Both the position numbers and the translations under genes were made by a program. A stretch of DNA of 64,000 bases, taken from the NCBI RefSeq assembly GCF_964204645.1, contig NC_134029.1, positions 1,798,001 through 1,862,000 on the forward strand, given 5' to 3'. Under the pieces are notes generated by a model. That model was not told the origin of the DNA, ran no database searches, and worked only from the letters and a program-made list of their open reading frames with translations. Shown here piece by piece: positions 49,792 through 64,000 of the stretch. The DNA is from Tubulanus polymorphus. Taxonomy: Eukaryota > Animalia > Nemertea. Within the stretch, counting starts at the first letter, position 1. Each line of letters starts with the position of its first letter.

Positions 49792-52197
49792 TTATGGTAC
49801 TGCTGCTGCTGCTGGCTCAGAGATACTCGTACGCGGAGCTCTTGGAGTCGGCGGGGATTTCCACTTTAACAATAACAATTGACAGTTGCGAGCGATCAGG
49901 AAAAATAATCCGCTACAATTCTTCTCGTTCATACCATTCAACCAATCCTTCTGACACAGAATCGCCAAACCGTGACCTCGGACACTGCAATACACAGATA
50001 ATACCAATCAACTATTCATCATAGTGACTAGAGTGTGTAATGTGTATGAGTTACTATAACCTGCACCCAGCCCGAAGGTTGACTTACAAATCATTCCATA
50101 CACACAAAACAATTTCAGTGTCTATATTATCACTGAAAATAGTTGATCCCTCAATTCTCCCCACTCAGTTTCTCCCAAATTTTGAGTCCCTGATAGCAAG
50201 AAGTTAATTCATTTAAGTTATCCCCTGCACTCAATTATCCACTAACGATACATTGTTCCCAAAGTTGACAGTATATCCATGTATAACCTGCACTCAGCCC
50301 GAAGGTCATGTATCAGTGTGAATGGCTATTTGAATACATACCTGCAGTTTGGAAGCGTTATTTGAGAAATGATATTCAACGTCTTTCGATCATAAATAAC
50401 GATTTCTCCTTTAGCCGTGTGTAAAACGAGACCGTAACACGAACCGTAGGTAGCAGTAGTCTTCAATACATCGACTTCATGCGGCATTAGTGGCATAGTG
50501 TGTAACTTATCGAGTAACGGTAAAGAATCGTCGAGTTTCTTCAAACCGTGATACAAATTATAACGTAGAATGTCGACCATGTACGGCAGATCGTAGCGAG
50601 GCATTCCGACCTCGGTATCACCGTGATCCATCACTTTAATGATCGTATGTTCGATCGTCAGGCGGTAAATAGAACAGCGCAGATCGACGCTGGAATTCAT
50701 ACCACCTCGACCGCTGTAACACGCCAACACCGTATAATAACAATCACCTCCGAACGGGCCGCGATTCTTTATCAGTTTCACTAAAGGACGGAATATCGGG
50801 AACGGCGCGATTTCCTGCGTTATCGAACGAATCAGCGTACTGTTACTAAGCGACCACAGTTTGATTGTTGTATCGTACGAAGCGGTAACCAAGACGTCGA
50901 GATCGGTATCGTAGTCTAACGACGGAACGGCGTTTACATGTCCGACGTAATCGCAAACGAATTCACGAGTTTCTAAATCCCAGCGGACGATCGTTCCGAA
51001 AAACGATCCGATTAACATCGTTGTATCATCGAATTTAACGGCTGACACCGTGTGATCGGTCTTTACTTCTAACAGACAAACACGAGCTTTTATATCCCAG
51101 ATACGAACTGAATGATCATCTGAACCTGAAATCATTTATAATGTTAATAATAATAATCATAATAATAATAATCTATTTTCCTATATAGAAATTTCAATTT
51201 AAGATGTGTGCATCAGAACCCAGAAGCCAGTTCCATAGTTCTGAGTTTGCAATGTTTGTCCCTAGAGTCATATTTTAACTCACAAGTGTAGATCTGAATT
51301 GCGTATAGAATAAAAATGAGCTGATAGAATAGCGATTTAAAACACGTGGAGGATAAATAGAAAGGTTAGAATTTACAGATGACTAACATTTATAGTTGCT
51401 GTTATGACTGCAGTTATAAATACATAAAATATTATATCAAATATCTTTGGATAACTTTCTATCAGAGGGATACTGTACTTAACCAATCGAGCCTGGCTAA
51501 TTGCCACATAGATTAGGTGGCGACTCCTACAATTTAATACCTTAACTAAAGATGTAAACAAATCATTAAGTAAATGACCCTGGAAGCTATTCTTACCTGT
51601 TGCTACTTTATTATCTTTATAATAATATAGCGCAGTAATAGCACCGGTGTGACCATCTAAAAATCTCATTTCAAACGTCGATCCAGTTTTCATTTTCTTC
51701 AGACGCGCAATTTGAGTCTCGTAAAGTTTCCTATAATCGACGTCCTCGGACTGATTCCACCCGAGCAAATTCTCGCTCGCAGAATCATCGTCATAATCGC
51801 TACAATCATCGTCGTGGGGATCGGAATCGTGAGGTTTGACTCCGACCTCGAGACAAGCTCGACGCCAAACCGGTTGACAACTGCTCACTATTTTATTCCA
51901 TTCAGCCGTTACTTCGCAACAAGAGACCAACGACTCGGTGTCTAAATACTCGAGAATTCGGTAAGTTATTTCGATCGGTAACTGAGCGAAAAAATCTCGA
52001 TAGATTATTTTGAGAAGATTTTGAGACAGGTAATATAACTGCCATCCTGTACTGCGATTAATCAACGTATTCAATGTCACATTTCGTTGTTCTTCTGTAA
52101 GATTTCTGTATCGTTTCACAGTTCCTCCTAACCATTCTTCAAACGTGTCTTGTTTATCCTCCGGTTCTAACTCACTTCTTTTATCCAAGATTCCCAT
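49792..52197 (-). CDS. FBXW2: F-box/WD repeat protein 2-like
   Basis: Coding exons 52197-51597, 51125-50342, 49984-49792, in phase. FEEWL...NVTLNTLI N-terminus, F-box RDFFAQLPIEITYRILEYLD, WD repeats (GHTGAITALYY, GSDDHSVRIWD, ASYDTTIKLW). C-terminal KDWLNGMNEKNCSGLFF...LLKWK resembles human FBXW2 SWLNGLDGHNDTGLVF...LVLWK as recalled. Confidence 0.82.
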
Positions 52198-53282
52198 TTT
52201 ATCGTCGTCTCCTCCTAAAAATGACAAGTAGAAAAAAAATCGTATTTTTCTGACCTCAAACATAATTTGTGCATAATTTGAAAAATCTTACCGCTATCTG
52301 AACTAATAGTGATCACTGTCTGTGGATGATTTAAGGAAGCACTTCACACCTCGATAGATGTTACTTTTCAACTGAAATTCATCATACGCAGAAAACTTGT
52401 TATTGCCTCCCCCGCAGAGAGCAGCAGCTGATCTCAGTATCTATATATAGCAGTGCACTATTTTCAGCATCATAATATCAGTTGTTGTTAGCACATCGCA
52501 TGGAGCTTTACTTCTTCTTATCAACAGCAATAACAACGACAATCTACATGGAACCCAAAACAACATTTTCATCAAAGGAGTTTTAGTAGCTAGACTGATC
52601 AGATTAGCCAATAACTTATTTTTTTTATCCTGCAATAATACATAGCACCGGAATTCAGCTTTCTTGAAGATGCGGATGTTAGAAATGAAAACACATCTCA
52701 TTTCTCAGAATTGATGAATATTATGAGAGGCACTCAGCAAGGCTCAACACCTGCTGAAGACTAAAAAAAGTGATCATTGGGAAGCTCCTCCTTCTTGTTT
52801 TTGGACCTTTTTCGTTTGTCATTGCTTTAAAGATCAACGTAGCTAATTAGGAATAAAATCAATAATGTGTCTCTTTCCTGGGCATCTTACTAAAAACACT
52901 CATTTCAGATATACTGGATCTTGAACAACAACAAACGATTATACCTGATTTCCTTCATAACATATCAGCAATTTCCTCATTCAATTTCTCGATTCACTTC
53001 CGGGTTCTAGAAGTGCTACATGCGCCATCTATCGTATATTTTTGTTATATAATCAGTCGTCCCTGCGCGTATGATGTTGTTCTTCGTTAATACATATATC
53101 ATGGACGGACGGGGCATATTGATGAAATGTTTACTTCCTCAATTCCAGAGATCAGACCGGTATTAATACTAGAACTCCTCAAGACTAAAACTGTGCAATC
53201 CTCAAATCTAACAAACAACAAATCAAAAATTCACTTCTTGCTCATTTCTATTTCGCAAGCTTTTAATACATAATTTACAGAT

Positions 53283-56111
<2,829 letters not shown>

Positions 56112-56146
56112 GTTTCACCTTCGTCCCCTCACTGTGGACTTATGCT

Positions 56147-56156
56147 GGAAAAGAGG
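56147..56156 (-). promoter_or_regulatory. TCT initiator / 5'TOP tract of RPS6
   Basis: The minus strand reads CCTCTTTTCC ~36 nt upstream of the RPS6 ATG, typical of ribosomal protein genes. Confidence 0.85.
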
Positions 56157-56204
56157 CTCACTTCCGGGTTTCCGGGATCATGTGAGTCATGTGACACGTC
56201 CAAA
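56157..56204. promoter_or_regulatory. Ultra-compact shared promoter RPS6/HEXB with ETS, tandem M-box/CLEAR-like and YY1-like motifs
   Basis: CACTTCCGG (56159-56167), TTTCCGG, TCATGTGA (56178-56185), GTCATGTGAC (56186-56195), and AAAATGGCG overlapping the HEXB ATG. Confidence 0.7.
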
Positions 56205-58747
56205 ATGGCGGCCACCATGAAAGTGACAGTTCGCAAACTTTTCGCGTTATGCGCTTATATTCTTCTGTTAAATGTCGTTAACGGACATAATGCGAATGAT
56301 GATCCCCCGCTGGATATCGTGAAGCCTGAAAGGGGCGCTTTATGGCCTATGCCATCGAGTGTGAAGTCTTCTACGAGTGTTTTATCGATTGGAGAAAGTT
56401 TCCAGTTCATTTCAACTGGTCAAACCTGCGATATCATTGATGCCGCTTTTGCTAGATATTACAAATATATTTTTGGAATTGATAAGGCTGATGACAAGTT
56501 AAGGTTCAGATCTTTCCGGACATTTGTGACGGCTCCTGGTAATTTAGGCAGCCTCAGTGTTCATCTATCATCACCATGTGAACGCTATCCTTCACTTGAG
56601 ATGAAAGAGTCCTGTACGTATATCTCGTTCAATCTATGGATTCAATCTATACATCCTGTAATTCCTTGAGTATTTTTCTATTGTATATTGTAGATAATCT
56701 GATTATATCAGAAACAGCAGGGAAGAGTGTTCTATCAAGTGACAGTGTTTGGGGAATTCTGAGAGGATTAGAAACATTTTCCCAGCTCACATATCATTCT
56801 GATTCTAGAGCCGTAAGATCAGCTCTTGATTTGATAACTTTCAATTGCTTTCTGTTTTATGTGAATAATTCATTGTTAATGGTTTTCTTCAGGTGTTGAT
56901 CAATGCAACCAGGATTTCGGACACTCCTAGATTTTCTTATCGTGGAATTCTATTGGATACATCTCGTCATTTCCTGCCTAAATTTGTCATCTTACAGAAT
57001 CTTGTAAGTTAAAACCTTTCATCTTTTCCTTTTATGAAAAACTTAACAGATATTTTAAGATGAATTCGTATTTTCAGGAAGCAATGGCTCAGAATAAATT
57101 CAATGTTTTCCACTGGCACATTGTAGATGATCCTTCATTCCCGTATGAAAGCTTTACATATCCTGATCTAAGCAAAAAGGTTAGTGAGTGACACCTCGTT
57201 ATCTGTCTTGTAATTGAGTTCATATTGATTTTGCTATGTTGTTTTTAGGGTTCATATCAACCTGAAACTCATGTTTATACGCAAAGAGATGTACAAGAAA
57301 TCATAGAATACGCACGCATGAGAGGAATCCGAGTTGTACCAGAATTTGATAGTCCAGGTTCGTTAAACGCTGAAATGCTACATTTATCAATCTAGAGAAA
57401 AATGACACTGAATGTTTTGTAAAAATTTAGGTCATACACAATCGTGGGGCAAAGGACAACCAGGATTGTTAACAAAATGTTACACAAAGGGGGCTTTCAA
57501 TGGAAATTATGGTCCAGTCGATCCATCTAAGAATTCCACATACACTTTCCTCGCTGCACTTATAAAAGAGGTCTTCAAAGTTTTCCCTGATAAATATATT
57601 CATCTTGGTGGTGATGAAGTTTCATTCAACTGCTGGTTAGTTAATTTGTAATTTCAATTTAATTCTTTTATGCCTATGTCATTGTTTCAATCTCGCTGAC
57701 TGTTTTTCAGGCTGAGCAATTCAGATGTCATGAAGTTTGTAAAGGATCATGGCTGGGGTACTAATGTGGCCAAACTTGAACAATATTATATTCAGAAGTA
57801 AGCATATTACACATTACTTGAGAATATTACTTTATGTATTACCGTACTCAATACTGGCTCATCATAAACCTATCTTTCCTATTTCTTTTCTTTGAGGGTT
57901 TTGAACATAGTCAATGACCTTCATAAAGATGATGGTTATATCATTTGGCAAGAAGTTATTGATAAAGCTGTCAAGGTAACATTGAAGCTACAATTCTAAT
58001 CATTAACCTATCATCAGTAACCAGTGTTTAATTATGATTTTATTACAGGTTAAATCGGATACAATAGTTGAAGTATGGAAAGGAAATTATCAGGCTGAGT
58101 TGGCGAAGGTTACTAAAGCAGGTCTCAGAACTATTCTCTCCTCATGTTGGTATCTGAATGAGATATCATACGGAATTGATTGGCCAAAGTATTATAAGTG
58201 TGATCCACAGGATTTTCCAGGTATATTGAAAGGCTTTTAGAATTGAACTTCTTGATTAGTTGATAACCATAATATCACCAATATGTTATATTATTAGGTG
58301 ATGCAAGCCAAAAGAAATTGATAATTGGTGGTGAAGCATGTATGTGGGGGGAATATGTTGATGGAACTAATCTTATTTCAAGATTGTGGTAAGTTAATAA
58401 TTCTTCATTATCTTGTTTAAAAGATATGATGTAATCTTTTCAAAGATGTGATGATTTGATCTTTTTTTTCAAATTTACGATGCAGGCCTCGTGCATCAGC
58501 AATAGCTGAAAGACTGTGGAGCCCAGCATCTTACAAGAATCCTAATGCAGCTGCTGGTCGACTTGAAGAACATCGATGTCGAATGCTGAAGTAAGTTTAA
58601 CTGTTATCTGATTGTACAAATAATAGTTAATACAAATAAGTTGAATCACCAAAGACTAAAGTAACTGTATTTGATTTCAGTCGTGGTTTGAATGTTGAGC
58701 CTATCAATGGACCCGGGTTCTGCAGACAAGAAGTCACCAGACAGTAG
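56205..58747 (+). CDS. HEXB: Lysosomal beta-hexosaminidase (GH20), HEXA/HEXB-type
   Basis: Signal peptide after ATG 56205 or ATG 56217 (the latter in a GCCACCATG context). Motifs [69 protein letters not shown], catalytic [23 protein letters not shown] and [13 protein letters not shown]; TAG at 58745-58747; AATAAA ~58970. HEXA versus HEXB orthology cannot be resolved by eye. Confidence 0.92.
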
Positions 58748-59195
58748 CAACGATATATTCGAATTGCATCAACTTCCAGCTGATCACTTATGAATTATCT
58801 ATATTAATGATCTCCAATGAACTTGAAGAAGTATCTAATTATTGAGCTATTAATGACTATTTACATAAAATCATGTGTATCAAATATATGTATCAAATAC
58901 ATGTTTTCATTATGTTGATTTGTAACATCTTTGTATCTACTGATGTAATTATCAGCTTTCATATATTTTAATAAAATTATCTAAAATGTCATAAGTATTG
59001 TTTTTTTTGTGGATTTTGTCATGTACATTTTTCCATTGCATTGAGGAATATAAATAGCAACTGTCAACGTGGGTTAGTTCATATATGTACGTAAAGGCGT
59101 CAGCACTTGTTGGAAATCATGAGACCTGTCATATGCCTGCAAGATAACATTGTGGCGCTATACGAGTTAATAGAAAATTAAATTCTTCGATTTCC

Positions 59196-62282
<3,087 letters not shown>

Positions 62283-63128
62283 TAGAATCTTGGAGTAGTC
62301 AGATTACTCACAATAAGATCGACTCAAGTGAATCCTTTCACAAAACAAAAGCCTCTGTGATCAATTAAAAGACATTCGATTTGGTGCTTTAGACAATCTG
62401 CGATGTAGGGCGCCAGGCGGCAAGCGTGATTTAAAGGATATGATAATTTCATCGAGAATCAAGAGTTTTTCACGTCGATTTCAATTCAATTTCAACTAGA
62501 AACTTACGAATCTATTATTGCTAACGTGACTGTAAACAGCTGAAGATTGAATATAATCTTTAAAACAGAAAAACTATACCTTTTGAGTCCACTTTCTGTC
62601 GTCCTTTTTTCACACCGAGGAATCAGCTTACATAGGTTTAAAAACAAATAACGATACGACAAATAAACTACTACAAATAAAACAAACTACTAAAATACTA
62701 TACTATGAAAAGAGACAACAGAAAAAAACACGTTTTTAGTAAACAACTGAAATTTAATTCTTTATTAATAAATGTATAGAAAATGATAATTTGAATGAAT
62801 CACAGTCACACAAACATTATATCAAATAATCAAGTTATTTTCAGAGATCATTTTAATTACCATAAACCTTTGAAAAGTCAAGGTCGGAGAGCAATCTTCA
62901 TTATCAACAACGCGACGTGTGAATACAAGTGTTTTCGCCGAAATCAGCAAAGGTTAAGAATCGTATTATCAAATATCTTAAAGACCTGTATATTAGATAT
63001 GTTATCAATATAGAGGAATTACCTTTATAAAAATACAAGCATTGGAATACAAAATTATCGATGCAATCTAGCATTAGTAACGATGAATAGATTTATAATA
63101 AATGTTTATCATAATATGTGGATATATT

Positions 63129-64000
63129 CTATATGACACAATTCATTAAGAACTGGATCGGCTCGGAGCGTTTTAAAACTCTCGGTACTTTATACTGGTT
63201 CGCTGATGCTTGTGTCGTCTTCAACATGTATGTCCTCAGTTGTAGGAATGTGCCTTGTTTCACTTGATGAACTCTCATCGCAGAAATACTACCTTTATTA
63301 CGGAATGAACAGTAAACATAAGATATCTTCTGAAGTTCATCGTCGATCTGAAATTTGAAATAGCTTTACGTATGATTGGTCTCATTTTACCAGACAGATT
63401 CATGTATCAAGCAGCACTAACCTGATTCTTTTGTTCTTCTGTTAAAATCTTGTTTCCTTCTCCAGATATTTCGATGAATGTCGTATAAAATGGTGCAATT
63501 TCTTCACTTGCGTTACCTTCAAAAGCCAGAAATAATATTCAACGATATCTGACATACAATTCTGTTTTAAAGATTTCTCTGATAGTGGTTTAGAACTTTA
63601 CCTAAAGCAGTATTGACTGCGATACTTTCAGCGCAGCAGTAATCCACTAGTTTGTTATTCCACTTGTCAACAGCTGACGTCAACGCCTTGTAAAACGTCT
63701 CTTCTGATGTTTTCTCAGCGCGAACATTCAACATCTGGCCGCGTCTAAATGAATCATTTAAAGATGCGATGATGATTTGATTAATTTTCAAGCAAGTTTC
63801 CCATAAAGTTATACAATTCACGCTTTTCATAAACTCCTATTATAGTTTTGAACAGAATTTACCTGTACTGAAATTCTACAACTGGGCAACCGTTGTAGAA
63901 ATCGACGATTTTAACGACATCACCAAATCGATATCTACACAAACCGCTAGTGTTTGTAATGACAAGTTCGTAAGTTGCCTTTAATTCAACTTGTTCCATG
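63129..64000 (-). CDS. GHDC: GH3 domain-containing protein, 3' part (gene continues beyond the window)
   Basis: Exons 64000-63863 (YELVITNTSGLCRYRFGDVVKIVDFYNGCPVVEFQYR), 63744-63602 (GQMLNVRAEKTSE...LVDYCCAES), 63516-63422 and 63347-63129 (SFRNKGSI...NQYKVPRVLK...TAG). These are GH3-family C-terminal signatures. Confidence 0.88.

Noticed and set aside
50088-50132. Possible extra FBXW2 exon bounded by AG/GT on the minus strand
   Set aside because: Direct splicing from 50342 to 49984 already gives an in-frame, FBXW2-like C-terminus, and the segment shows no recognisable homology.
58745-58783. Stop-codon readthrough context TAG CAA CGA in HEXB
   Set aside because: The extension would be only 11 aa with no recognisable signal; no supporting evidence.

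Overview
Gene-dense, AT-rich eukaryotic DNA with short GT-AG introns. An invertebrate animal is likely, probably a protostome or spiralian (inferred from the mei-P26 orthologue and the insect-like JIP3 microexons). Eleven spliced protein-coding genes can be reconstructed, in order: mei-P26/NHL-2-type TRIM-NHL (+, followed by ~9 kb probable extended 3'UTR), TXNDC9 (-), IDS (+), an OTUD4/ALG13/otu-family OTU-Tudor protein lacking both catalytic residues (+), EXOSC8 (-), JIP3/JIP4 (+), FBXW2 (-), RPS6 (-), HEXB-type beta-hexosaminidase (+), TMEM144 (+) and the 3' part of GHDC (-). The most notable observations are: (1) three head-to-head pairs that each couple a biogenesis/housekeeping gene with a lysosome-related gene, the tightest being RPS6/HEXB (start codons ~94 bp apart, TOP motif plus tandem M-box/CLEAR-like sites); (2) an alternative last exon in JIP3/4 that would yield a RILP-like RH1-LZII-RH2 short isoform, plus several microexons and a LIR-like cassette exon; (3) mutually exclusive exons in TMEM144 that swap a dileucine-type sorting motif; (4) a histone-H1-like tail on RPS6; (5) several MITE/foldback elements, local duplications and a 45/46-bp minisatellite. 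All exon structures and family assignments come from manual reading and recalled protein motifs, not from database searches or RNA data.
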